From Azolla caroliniana (Eukaryota > Plantae > Polypodiophyta): DNA of 64,000 bases. Below are positions 1-12,199 of this stretch, piece after piece. Each line of letters starts with the position of its first letter. The first letter of the stretch is position 1. The stretch is from the NCBI GenBank assembly GCA_043228905.1, contig JBHGNT010000012.1, positions 8,556,001 to 8,620,000 of the forward strand, in the 5' to 3' direction. The notes beneath the pieces were generated by a model, which searched no databases, was not told where the DNA came from, and worked only from the letters and a program-made list of their open reading frames with translations. The translations under genes were made by a program, and so were the position numbers.

Positions 1-11
1 CGTCGACAATC

Positions 12-1256
12 GTGACAAGTGAAGAAGAACTGATGCTCATTACCGAAGAGAATGAGTTAAACCTTGTCAACGACGAGACAACGCGGGTTGTCGATTCCGG
101 AGCGTCGTTCCACCTGACACCGGATTGGAAATGCTTCTCATACTACATAGCCAGTGATCATGGTTGTGTCCGGATGGGGAATGAAGGTACATGCCGAATT
201 ATCAGCATAGGAGATGTGTTGTTGACGACATCAACCGGATGCACGTTGTTGTTGAAGGATGTCCGACACATTCCGGAGGTTCGACTGAACCTAATATCAG
301 CCGGTCGGCTAGATGATGAAGGCTACACGGGTAGCATCTGGAACAAACTCATGAAGTTCAGCAAGGGAAGCTTGATTGTGACCCGAACCCGGAAGGTCAA
401 CACTCTGTACTTGATGAATGCCCGGATATGTCGGGAAGAAGTGAACATAGCATCCGCCACTACCGGTGAGCTGTGGCTCAAAAGACTGTGACACATGAGT
501 GAGAAGGGGATGAAGAGGCTTGCCGAAGAAAACCTCATTCCGGTGAAGGACGTGCAACTTGAGAAGTGCGTTGATTGCTTGGTCGGCAAGCAAAACCGAA
601 CCTCCTTCTGGTCAAGACCACCGATGAGATGGAATGCACCACTGGAGCTGGTGCATATCGACGTGTCAAGTGGACACGAAGTCACATGCCGGATCACAGT
701 ACTTCGTGGCGTTCATAGATGACGGAAGTTGTGAGTCTCACCATTGAAGACAAAGGATCAGGTGTTATCCGTCTTCAAGGAGCTCCACGTGAGAGTGGAA
801 AGAGAAACCGGCCGGAAGCTAAAGGCGGTTCGAGGAGATAACGGAGGTGAATATCAAGGGTAATTCGAGGAGTACAACCGGTCGAAGGGAATCCAGCTTG
901 AGTTTACTATGCCGAAGACGTCAGAACTAAACGGGCTGGCAGAAAGGATGAACCAGACCATAATGGAGAGAGTCTGGAGCATGCTTGCACATGCAAAGTT
1001 ACCCAAGACATTTTGGGCTGAGGTGCTGACGATGACGACCTATGTGATAAATAGATCACCCTCAACACCCTTGAAAGGAGACTCACCTCAGAAAGTATGA
1101 ACCGGTAAAGTTGTATCTTACCGGCATCTGGAGGTGTTCAGGTGTCTCGCATATGTGCATGTTGCAAAGGACAAGAGAGAAAAGCTGGATCCAAAGTCCA
1201 AGACATGCATATTCCTTGGATACGAAGATGATGAGTTCGGTTACCGGGTGTGGGAT
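12..1256 (+). pseudogene. copia-A pol fragment: protease, GAG-pre-integrase, integrase
   Basis: ORFs 12..491, 495..722, 909..1100 and 1134.. carry copia motifs; cut off by an LTR insertion at 1257. Confidence 0.9.
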
Positions 1257-1601
1257 TGTTATTGGGGTGGGGGGGTGAAGCCTAGAATGGCTTCACCCCC
1301 CTCCCATGGGGGTTACGTTAGGGAGAGAGCTAGAGAGAGGGACAAATAGGAAATGACACCAAAATGAGAGGGGAAAAAACTATCTTCATTACATGCCCCA
1401 TAAGGGGTTTATATAATACATAATGTAACGGTAAATAATATGTCTGTTACAAGAAGAGACCGTTACATTCTTGTCACATGCACATAATTGTGCATGTGCT
1501 CACACATAGTCATCCTCACACTCATATACATTACACATACCGAACAACCCCTTTAACGAGTTTTACCCTTATACCGCCCCGTACAACTCCTACGGGTAAC
1601 A
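1257..1601 (-). repeat. LTR (345 bp) of a truncated Ty3/gypsy-like element inserted in the copia-A integrase
   Basis: TGTTA...TAACA inverted termini; minus-strand TATA (plus tttatata near 1408); followed by CA+TGGCACGCCTGTGGGA, as at 31262. Confidence 0.75.
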
Positions 1602-2283
1602 CATGGCACGCCTGTGGGACAGTGCATCGCACGGTGAACCCACTCGCCATGGCAACTATTAACGAACGGAACTCCATCGGTCGTCTCAACGGTCGGAAAT
1701 CCATCGACCGGATCATAGCTCTACGATCAATAACTTCGATCGGAGCATTGCTTGACTCGAACCTTCTCGTTCGGTTAGCATGTCGCTCAATTGGCTCCTC
1801 CATTGCGGCATGGGCCTTTCATGATTCTGTTACATGTATGTGTATTTTTCGGTTTCATCATGTGAATTGAGCTTTGTATTTTGTACCCTTGGTCTCTAAA
1901 ATGTTTACCCTCAAATTTTTTGAAATTATATTTTCGGCCCGTGTGTTTTCGAAATTTTCTCTTCTGCACTCGAGCTTCTGAAATTCAATGCTATGCCCTC
2001 GAATTATTGAAATTTTCCTCTCTGCCCTTACGGTTCTGAAATTTTGTCGAATGCCCTTTTTCTTCAAATTTTCTTCTCTGCCCCTCTTCTTCTTCTTTTT
2101 GTCTTTTTGTCTTTTTGTCTGTATCTTCTTGTTCTTCTTATTTCTTCTTCGTCTGTTTTTCTCGTCTCCCTCCTTTCTTCTTTTTCTTCTCTGCGTATGT
2201 CTTCTCTTTCTTCTCTACATCGGTCTTCTCCTGACGACATTCTCTGCATCTGTCATTCTGTCCGGCCGTCGTTTCCACACCAA
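1257..2283 (-). mobile_element. 3' remnant of a Ty3/gypsy-like element (LTR, tRNA-like site, E/K/R-rich extra-ORF remnant); remainder deleted together with the copia-A RT
   Basis: LTR-adjacent motif shared with the 30872-40974 element; minus-strand charged low-complexity coding remnant (2064..2249); abrupt return to copia RNase H near 2284. Confidence 0.6.
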
Positions 2284-2730
2284 CTCGATGGTTACACGGA
2301 TTCGGATATGTTGGCTGATGCAGATACTAGTCGGTCAACATCCGGATATGTCATGACTTATGCAAGGGGAGCTATTTCGTGGCAGTCCAGGTTGCAGAAG
2401 ACGGTTGCATTGTCAACCACGGAGGCGGAGTACATGATAGTTGTAAAAGCCGGCAAGGAGATAATCCGGATGAAGGACTTCATCGGAGAGCTAGGGATCC
2501 AACAAGAGGAATACCAGCTCTAGTCAAAGCACCATCCACCTTGCAAAGAACGCGGCCTACCATTCCCGCACGAAACATATCCAGCAGAGGTACCACTGGA
2601 TCCGGGAGAGAGTAGAATATCAAGAGTTCATGCTGACGAAGATCGACATGGAGGAGAACGGGTCGGTTGGACGCGTGCCAAGAGCGGATCGGGCTGACGA
2701 GACATCCCATGTTGGAGTGAAGGGGGAGAT
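2284..2730 (+). pseudogene. copia-A RNase H remnant
   Basis: LDGYTDSD...VALSTTEAEY...AIHLAKNAAYHSRTKHI motifs. Confidence 0.85.
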
Positions 2731-3242
2731 TGTTGGGAAATCGGTCCCTCTAGATGGGACCCAGTGATGAATGAAGAGGACCCGGTGAGAACGGGAAGAG
2801 ATCTGGAAACCGGAGGAGACCCGGTGAGAATCGGAAGAGAAGACATATTTGTAAATATGTTTTGAGTAAGCCTATTGAGGCTATATTTGTAAATATCCCT
2901 AAGTTCATATAAGTATAAATATGACTTAGGGCAATCACTTTGAGTGTGTGTTGTTATTGTTGTTGTTATTGTTGTTGTTACAGAGCGATACTCTGTTGTA
3001 ACTGCCAGTTGGTGAAGATACAGAGCTCGAGGTCGTTGCCTCCGAGGCTCTGATTGTACCTTTCTCCTATAATGATAGTTGGAGTCTGTGGGCTCCCGTG
3101 GTTTTTCCCATTTAGGGTTTTCCACGTAAACATCCTGTGTATTTCCGTTGTGTACTCTCCACTTCCCATTTCTGTGATTCATTGTTAGTGAAGTGTTCAA
3201 GACTCGGTTGTGGCCGAGCAATATTCCGCGCTATTCCCCACA
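2731..3242 (+). repeat. 3' LTR of copia-A
   Basis: Starts TGTTGGGAA right after the PPT and ends ttccccaca; homologous (reverse complement) to the solo LTR at 44549-45339, e.g. the gggttttccacgtaaacatcctg block. Confidence 0.8.
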
Positions 3243-5730
3243 GTGATTAGGGGTTGATTCGGGCTTGCCCATGCACGTCTCCTTTTCACAAACACATTAG
3301 AATACTCGTGCCTTGTTTGTGTAAAACTTCCATGTGTTGTGCGTGTGAGCCCTATTTCCTTCCCATCCATAACTCGGGCGGTTCCGCCTCACGATCCGCA
3401 CATAGTGACGGATTTTCACAACAACGGCTTTTCTTAAAGCTGGTGTCGCCACCAGCATCCCTTTTAGCCTCTTCATCGGCTCTGTGTGTATTGGTTCCCA
3501 TTTGAACTTTCTGCCTTTATCAGTAAGCTATACAAAGGTTCAACCACATAAGCATAGTGTGGAATCCAAATATGGTAGAACGCACATGGTCCTAAGAATC
3601 TTCGGACTTCTGTCTGTGTCCCACATTTCTCTCGCATATCTTAAATAGCATTCACCTTCTCAGAAGAGGGTTTCTGTCCGTATGGTCCGCAAAGATGTCC
3701 CACTATTAGGACCTCGCATTGGCCGAATGCCGATTTTTCTCTAGAGAATGTGAGCCTTGCACCTTCTAGTCTTTGTAGCACTCCCTCACATTCTTCAATA
3801 TGGTTTGAAACAAATCTTTGACATCCATCTTGATCTAAAGACTCATCCTTTTCTAATTCAAGGCACCCTTTTATAGGGATATCATCAAGGAAAGGCATTG
3901 TAATATCTGGGATGCAGTCTCTTAGTACTTTGTTCATGGCATTCATCATATGAGCCACCGAGTTAGTTGCACCTTGTGGTAATGTACACATCCTTACTAG
4001 CCCGATGGGAATCTACATCGTTGTGATGTCTCGACTATACAAAGATAGTTGAAATTGTTCGGATCCAGAATACACGTCTACAATCGAGTAGATGGACCTT
4101 CCCGCAAAAGTTCGGCAAACTCATCAACACTGGGTCCAATCCTAGCATTACAAATGGTGACCTTGTTTACCGGTTGCAGATCTTGGATAAATCGAAGTGC
4201 TCCGTTGTTCTTCAGCACCATGAACAACCTATTTGAATAAGGCACATTAGATGGCTCAAGGATTCCCATTCTAATATTTTCCTTTAATAGCTCTAGCAAT
4301 TTTGGAAGGTGAGCTCTCGGAATGGGAATCGGCTTCAAGTTCCATGGTACATGGAGTATTATGAAGATAACCATTGGTTCCACAACTGTTAGGTCAACAC
4401 ATCCGATCTCTTGTGGGGAAAAGGCAAATGCTTTCCCGTGCCACTCCAACATTTCCCAGAACTTTGGGTAGCAAAAGCTCACCCCCACCAACTTTGAGCT
4501 TCTTCCGGGTTTCACCAGTGAAGACATGCCCTATTTCATTTAGATCCCTTAGGCTTGGATCCCATGCAACTACCTTCATTCTTTGCCAGTTATCCTCGGG
4601 TAGCAGAATAACAATAGGCTTTTTTTTCTTGTCCATTGTTTTGTATTTTGTGTTCACTTCGACTACCTCGGCCATGATACTCTGTTTATACTCGTTGATG
4701 GCAACATACATTTCAATGGCCCGCGTCCACAACATTCTCCATTTCACCAATGGTCTCGTTAAATGAGGATTCCTCCATAACCCATTTGATGCTTTCATCA
4801 CCTTCCATTATTTGTTCTTCCCTTAATGCTTCCTCGAAGCTTTCATTCGAGGCTTCTCTTCTTTGTCAAATGTGCTTATTTTGCACACTCCATTAGGGGC
4901 TACGTATAACCCTCCTTCTTCCTTCTTGAGGGTATTTTCTTGTTTGGACTATTCATGTCCCACTCGCAAATAGCCTAATCTAAAAATCTAAGGTAGCTTC
5001 TCCGAGACTATCCCGGTTCCTTTCGTGGTTGGCACGTACAATCAAGAAATGTACGGCCTTCTTCCCGTCAAGACTTCTTACTCAAGCAAATGTCATACCA
5101 TTGTCGAATACTTTGGTTTCCATTCGGGACGATGTTATGTACGGTTGTCCTAGAATAATAGGATGGGATGTGAGTCTTGAACAAATAACTGTAGTTCTAT
5201 CTCGACATAGCCAGTCGTGATGGGGACACTAGGACATGCGCCATACAGGTCTTCAGTAGCTTTTGTTGCCGCACAGATCTTCCACCCATGATTCATATTT
5301 ATGGGTCATCTTCCCTTTTTGTAGACCTCAGTCAACATAAGGTTGATCTCGGACCCATGGTCTATTAAAGCCACAACTATTTCTTTTCTTTCTCCCAACT
5401 TTACTGGTGTCTCCGTCATCGCTCATGCCCAATGAGGTCAAGTATAGTGGTTGTCCACCATATCTTCATTGACTTCGTCCCTTGTCATCGTTATGGCATT
5501 TGCTTTTGCTTTCATTTTTTGTGGGTTCTCTTCTTCCTCGTCTTTACGAGGTCCATGATCGTATCATGGAACTCTTTTTTCGTAATGTCGAGCAATTCCC
5601 TCAAGGACAAGGTCACGTGGCTATCAAGACACATTCCTCGAGAATCTTCTTCAAGTCTGTCGTCTATTCTATGTTCGACCTTAGCTTATAGGTAGGCATA
5701 GTTTTCCCCTTCCTAATGGGTTCTTCGACA
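3243..5730 (-). mobile_element. Degenerate Ty3/gypsy pol fragment (protease, RT, part of RNase H)
   Basis: Protease-like ALIDHGSEINL near 5345-5375; RT with LPQGATNS...PFLDDIPIKG (3641..3991); GILEPSNVPYSN..LRFIQDLQPVN (4078..4527). Ends approximate. Confidence 0.8.
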
Positions 5731-5786
5731 GCAACCCTCATGGGTACTGTAGAAAACTTGGCCACTGTGAAGAGGAGTGCCAAAAG

Positions 5787-6816
5787 ATGAAGCAAGAGTT
5801 GGCGTCGACCAGCCGAAAACTTACGAATTACACCTCGAATTCCGACTACCATGATTGTGGCGGAATGTTTATGATGAGGCACAAAGCGCATTTGATGTCA
5901 ACACAAGGTGAGACAAGCACCTCAACCTCGGATAATGTGTGGTTTGTTGACTCAGGAGCATCCAATCATATGATGTCTCATGAAGATTGGTTCCGAGAAT
6001 TACGAAAGCCCGATCAGCCCGGTTATGTCGAAACTATTGATGACACGATTCATTCAATACGGCACATTGGAAACGTCCCATTCAAGAATCATGGCAAACA
6101 AACCTACCTCAAAAATTTCTTGCATGTCCCAACCATCACTAAAAACCCGGTCTTAGTAGGCCAGATTGTCGAACAAGGGATGCAAGTGCAATTCAATGAT
6201 GAAGGGTGCTTCATCGAAATAGAAGGCCACCTCATTGCTCACGGTCGCCGAGAAGGAAGAATGTTTATCCTTGAATCAAACAAGGTAAAGTCAGTAATGT
6301 ATGCATTTAAAGGTCTTAAAGTTGAAACCGACTTGAAACTGTGGCACAAGAGAATTGGCCACATTAATCTCCAAAAGCTCCAGAACATGCAATCGAAAGG
6401 AGTTGTAATCGGACTCCCAAACTTTACCGAGAAGGAGATTACAGGCGTATGCGGAGTATGCCAATTCGGAAAACAACACCGACATCCATTCCCGAAAGAA
6501 AGGAATGTGAGCAAAGGGATCTTGGATGTAGTACATTCAGATGTATGGGGACCGGCATAGACAGCCACATTCGGCGGTTGCCGATACTATGTCACATTCA
6601 TCAACGACTTCTCAAGGCACACCTGGATCTACCTGATGAGACAGAAGAGCTAAGTGTTCGGACAGTTCCAAAGGTTCAAAAATGAAGTCGAAAAAGCCAT
6701 GGGTTGGCATGTATGTTGCCTTCGATCGGATGGAGGCAAAGAATTTGTCTCGGACGGGTTTACAACATATCTCTGAAAGGAAGGAATACAATGAAAATTC
6801 TCATGCCGACACACAC
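5787..6816 (+). pseudogene. copia-B protease, GAG-pre-integrase and integrase N-part
   Basis: ORF 5787..6560: WFVDSGASNHM, LWHKRIGH, CGVCQFGKQHR, VHSDVWGP. Confidence 0.9.
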
Positions 6817-6820
6817 CTAA

Positions 6821-6847
6821 GGGTCGAAGCACGCTACGGGGTACCAA
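6821..6847 (+). repeat. Left TIR
   Basis: gggtcgaagcacgctacggggtaccaa. Confidence 0.95.
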
Positions 6848-7365
6848 AAAAGTACTGTTTTTGGCCACAAAAATTGTCAGTACTTTCAATACTGTTAGTA
6901 CTGAATAATTCAGAAAAAAAATTAGAGAAAAAGAAAATCGATTTTGGAGAGTGGGGTGACTGTAGTACAAGTGTCATTTACTGTAGAAGGAGTGGGGGGA
7001 ACACGTGAGGAGATGTTCTTCCATTTTGGGGGCTATTTTCCCCTCACGTCGATTTTGGCGCTTCCCCTCACGTCGTTTTGGCGATTCCCCTCATACTGTT
7101 CTTCCTCTATCTCTCTGAGCTTTTCATCACAGACATCCATGTCACGTTTCTGATTTTCCTTCAATCTAAATCTCAGACATCCATGTCTGGTTGGAGAGTT
7201 TGAGTTGAGGATTTCTGATTTTTTTAGGGTTTCTGTTTTTGTTAGGTTTCGGTTGAGGTACAGAGACTGTTCTGAGGGTTTAGGTAGCAGCCAATAGTCA
7301 CTTCTTTGACAACGACTTTCGTACTTCCACCGATTGCAGTTGATGTCGTGGTGATTTGGGGCTTT

Positions 7366-7560
7366 TTCCACCAAATCGAGGCGGCATTGGAGGTTCCTTC
7401 CACCAAATCGAGGCGGCATATCCAATGCTCCCTCCACCATTGGAGGTTCCTTCCACCAAATCGAGGCTGCATATCCACGCTCCCTCCACCATTGGAGGTT
7501 CCTTCCACCAAATCGAGGCGGCATATCCAACGCTCCCTCCACCATTGGAGGTTCCTTCCA
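7366..7560. repeat. 53-bp subterminal tandem repeat (about 3.5 copies)
   Basis: Unit ttccaccaaatcgaggcggcatatccaacgctccctccaccattggaggttcc recurs at about 53-bp period. Confidence 0.9.
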
Positions 7561-7950
7561 TCCTTTTTTTTATTTTCAGTACTAAAATGTTTCATTTCTT
7601 CATATTTCAGTACTAAATTTTTAGAATTGACATTTGCCATATTTGATATGTAATTCTAATGTTTGAAACAAAATATTTCTCACTTTGCAGGCCACATTTA
7701 AAAACATTTGATTGTGTTTTCTTGGTTGAGTCTATATATCCACGCTCCCTCCACCATTGGAGGTTCCTTCCATCCATTTTTTTCATTTTCAGTACTAAAA
7801 TGTTTCATTTCTTCATATTTCAGTACTAAATTTTTAGAATTGACATTTGCCATATTTGATATGTAATTCTAATGTTTGAAACAAAATATTTCTCACTTTG
7901 CAGGCCACATTTAAAAACATTTGATTGTGTTTTCTTGGTTGAGTCTATAT
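7523..7950. repeat. Tandem duplication of about 213 bp upstream of the transposase ATG
   Basis: atatcc..gagtctatat block present twice (from about 7523 and 7736), each copy containing a ctttgcag acceptor-like site. Confidence 0.9.
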
Positions 7951-8005
7951 AACATTAACTACTTTCGCAAGACACTTAATTTTTGTGGATAAATCTAGTG
8001 ACTGA

Positions 8006-11000
8006 ATGGGGGTTCCTAACGAGAGTGAGTTGTCAAGTAACTCATGCATATCTGAAAGGACTAAGAGACGAGTGGTTCTTCACATAGTTCGTTATTTGGT
8101 AGAAATAACGAAGAGATTTAGTGAAGAGGATCGTAGGGATATTATTTGTAGAGTGTTACACCATCAAAGTTTGAATGAAGACATGGAGAGAATAAAATTT
8201 AGGGACCAATGTGTTTCAGAAGAGATTGTGGAGTCTATGAAGTCATCCCTAGACTTAGTGAAAGGTGTAGAGAGCTTAGACAAACTTGCTGCAAAGAGGG
8301 CAGCCCTACACATGGTTGTGAATGGTGTGAGAGAAAAAAAATATAGTGATACTAAAGTTGCCTTAGCCCTGGGTATTCAAAGAAGGAACTTGAGGAAACA
8401 TCGCCGAAATATACACTCAAGCAAATTCAAGTGGCTGGGGTCGGGACGTAGACGACGATGTGATGCCTTTTCTCAAGAGATTATTGAGAAAGTGGATTCA
8501 TTTTGGGCCAAAAATACGCGTGTCTCACCAAATAAGAAGGACGTGTGTAGACAACGAATAAGTCAAGGTAAGTACCAGATTCACCCTAGACACTTCTTGG
8601 AGATGACAGAGGTATTCCATTTTTTTATATCAATTCACATTCCATAACTTTGTGTTTTGACCAAGTGTATATTAATGTTTGCTATATATATTGGTTGATG
8701 TAGGCTGAATTGTACATGAACTTTAAAGACCAACATCCAAGCTTGACTGTCGGATTCCGCAAGTTCCAAGGTTTGAAACCATTTTATGTTAGAAAATTAA
8801 ATGAGAGGAATACATGTTGTTGTGTGTACCATGTGAAGATGGACATGTTAAGGGTTTCTGTGAATGCAATGCGTACTGATTCTAAGGGTATACATGGGGA
8901 ATTATGTGTCTGCACTTGTGAGATTTGTAGACCAAATGGGGAGGATAATAGGTGTAATGCACGAAACATGACTTATGCATCCGTTTCTGAGCTATGGAGG
9001 TCTTGTGTTTGTGAAAAAGAACCATCGTGTGAGTGGCATCGTCGTACATGTCTATTAAGAACATGTAAGGTTTGTCCGCTACCATTATTTTGTAGGCAGG
9101 AGCTTGATATGGGAAATAGTCATATCGTGAAATGGAAATATTTGGAGTATGTGACTGAAAATATTGGCAAGGGAGTTGTAACTAAGCGTATCAAGGAAGT
9201 ATATAAGGAGACATGTGCTGCTACCCTTGTCTCAGAATTTAAGAAACAACTTGGGGAGTTTATTCCACATAACTTCCGGAGTTATTGGCAAAATTCACAG
9301 TTCAAGGAATGTATTAATAACTTACCAACGGGTGTCATTGTATCCGTTATTGATTTTGCAGAAAACTATACATTTAAAGTTCAAAATGAGGTTCAATCAA
9401 TGCATTGGTACAATGATCAATGTACAATACTTGTACATATTTGCTATTGGAGGCAAGACGGTGAGTTACATAAGAAATCAATATTTTACATTTCAGATGA
9501 TAAAAAGCATGATACACTATTTGTTCAACATTGTTTTACGCTTCACCATGCAGATTTATTTTCTCTAGGGTTAACCTTTAACCGTCATTGGGTTTGGTCT
9601 GATGGTGCTGCCTCGCAGTTTAAGGCGGCACGATCGTTCTACTTTATCGCCAGGTAATTTTTAATCCATATGTTTAATACTTATCATGCAATGTGTAAGG
9701 AAGTAAATCTTGTGTTAGTGGATGCATACTAATTATGTTTGTAACTATTAACAAACAGTACTAGTCACATCGATGCATACTAATTATGTTTCTAACTATT
9801 CGAATCTTGCACTTGTGAATGGATGCATGCATACTAATTTTGTTTGTATTATGTTGTACTAAGTAACTTTTAATCCATGTGAAGTGTTCTCCATAGACAC
9901 ATTGTACTATGTTGTGTGTTGGTTCTGTACTATGTTGTGTTTACAAAAGGATGTAAAGTACTCATCTTGTACTCATAGTATTGTCCGTCCTTAAGAGAAT
10001 TGTACTAAGTATCGATTAATCCATGTGAAGGGTTCTCCATAGACACATTGTACTATGTTGTGTTTACAAAAGGATGTAAAGTACTCATCTTGTACTTATA
10101 GTATTGTCCGTCCTTAAGAGAATTGTACTAATTATGTTTTAATCCATGTGAAGGGTTCTCCATATACACATTGTACTATGTTGTGTGTTGGTTCTGTACT
10201 ATGTTGTGTTTACAAAAGGATGTAAAGTACTCATCTTGTACTTATAGTATTGTCCGTCCTTAAGAGAATTGTACTAATTATGTTTTAATCCATGTGAAGG
10301 GTTCTCCATAGACACATTGTACTATGTTGTGTGTTGGTTTTGTACTATGTTGTGTTTACAAAAGGATGTAAAGTACTCATCTTGTACTTATAGTATTGTC
10401 CGTCCTTAAGAGAATTGTACTAATTATGTTTTAATCCATGTGAAGGGTTCTCCATAGACACACACATTGTACTATGTTGTGTGTTGGTTTTGTACTATGT
10501 TGTGTTTACAAAAGGATGTAAAGTACTCATCTTGTACTTATAGTATTGTCCGTCCTTAAGAGAATTGTACTAATTATGTTTTAATCCATGTGAAGGGTTC
10601 TCCATAGACACATTGTACTATGTTGTGTGTTGGTTCTGTACTATGTTGTGTTTACAGGAGGATGTAAAGTACTCATCTTGTACTCATAGTATTGTCCGTC
10701 CTTAAGAGAATTGTACTAAGTATCGATTAATCCATGTGAAGGGTTCTCCATAGACACATTGTACTATGTTGTGTGTTGGTTTTGTACTATGTTGTGTTTA
10801 CAAAAGGATGTAAAATACTCATATTGTACTTATAGTATTGTCCGTCCTTAAGAGAATTGTACTAATTATGTTTTAATCCATGTGAAGGGTTCTCCATAGA
10901 CACATTGTACTATGTTGTGTGTTGTATCTGTACTATGTTGTGTTTACAGGAGGATATAAAGTACTCATCTTGTACTCATAGTATTGTCCGTCCTTAAGAG

Positions 11001-11957
11001 AATTGTACTAAATCAGTATTTACTCATGTTGTACTCATAGTATTGTACTCATCTTGTACTCACCAAAGCAGGTATTTCTCCTTATTCAATATTCGTATGC
11101 AATGGAATTACTTCGGGTCTGGACATGGAAAAGGAGAGCATGATGGCGCGGGGGCTGTGATCAAACGTGCCCTTACAAGTGAGCAGTTGGATAATAATGG
11201 CGCTAAGTTACAAAATGCACATGATGTTGTGCAGTGGCTAACATGGAAGATGTCAAATGATGGTAAGAACAGATTGTTTGTTGAAGTTCGCGCTGATGAG
11301 GTCGATAGAACTAAATCATATGGTTGTAAAACCGTGAAAGGGACACGCATCACCCATTGTGTGTTAGGGTTTAGCCGCAAGGACACAACCCAATTGTTAC
11401 TCCGTAGTTTATCATGCTTTTGTTCCATGTGTCTAGATGAAGCTTGGGATAAATGCATCAACCTATCAATCGTGGAGCCCTGGAAGCTGCAGAAGCTTGA
11501 GCCTGAACTACAAGATGATATTGAAGAGGATGTGCATTCAAACGATATTGTATACTACAACCAAAATCAAGACTTGGCAGTTTTATTGGAAGTTGGAGAT
11601 CATTTTGCAGTGCTCAAATATTCTCAGAATGAAGATTTAGAAGACTACTACATTGTGGTGTGCAAGCAAGGAAAGACATTATTGAAAGAAGTGGTGAGGG
11701 ATGGTTGGGGCAACAATTTCAATGTTGGTGAGTCTGTCGTGTATGGAAACTATTATGCAAAGTTGCCGCAGTGCAAGAACACATATGCATTACTAAAAGA
11801 AGCACCCATCGCAATAATCTACGCTGATGCCATTCTTGCGATCAAATTCAATATGACTCAAGCAAAGCACAAGGTTAAGGGATACAACACTGTCTACAAG
11901 GTTCCCCAAGAGGTTCATGAGCACATATTAGGGGAGGTCTCTCTATTTAATGCTTGA
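8006..11957 (+). CDS. Sola2-type DDD transposase, 3 exons (8006-8611, 8704-9653, 11072-11957), 813 aa, intact
   Basis: GT-AG introns 8612-8703 (phase 0) and 9654-11071 (phase 2) join the ORFs in frame (2442 nt). Motifs: TRVSPNKKD, CCCVYH, DFAENY..VQSMHW, WSDGAASQFK, GHGKGEHDG, SCFCSMC. Confidence 0.9.
9870..11011. repeat. 146-bp tandem repeat (about 8 copies) in transposase intron 2
   Basis: aatccatgtgaag starts at about 9872, 10018, 10141, 10287, 10433, 10583, 10729 and 10875 (periods 146 except one 123 and one 150). Confidence 0.95.
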
Positions 11958-12199
11958 AAGTCACCCTATCAATACATTGTACTAGAAAACTGAAAAACAT
12001 CCACTTGGAGTTCACTATTAATTTTGATGATTGACAAATGAATTGATATATTTCGTCTTTCTTCCAAAGGGTTTATGCCTCTCAACCACTTGTACTTATC
12101 TTTCATAATATATTAGTTGTTATCAACAGGACTTGGATTTCTTCATTGCCGATATTGCTCATGTTTCCTGATGTTATTTGAGCATAGGAGTTTTGTAGA

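Larger units (their letters stand above)
1..3242 (+). mobile_element. Degenerate Ty1/copia LTR retrotransposon (copia-A, Tnt1/Tork-like), 3' part; RT deleted
   Basis: Protease VVDSGASFH, GAG-pre-integrase LWLKRL..H, integrase (NGLAERMNQT, KLDPKS..CIFLGY), RNase H (GYTDSD..STSGY..AISWQSRLQKTVALSTTEAEY), PPT gaagggggaga at 2719-2729, LTR from 2731. Many stops. Confidence 0.9.

Noticed and set aside
1257-1553. Shorter LTR ending at about 1546 with ccccttt as a minus-strand PPT
   Set aside because: The longer boundary gives a 5-bp inverted terminus (TGTTA/TAACA) and reproduces the junction seen at 31261. It cannot be fully excluded without a second LTR copy.
7366-7560. CRISPR-like array (also considered for 14950-15960)
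   Set aside because: Contiguous tandem units with no unique spacers, no cas genes, eukaryotic context.
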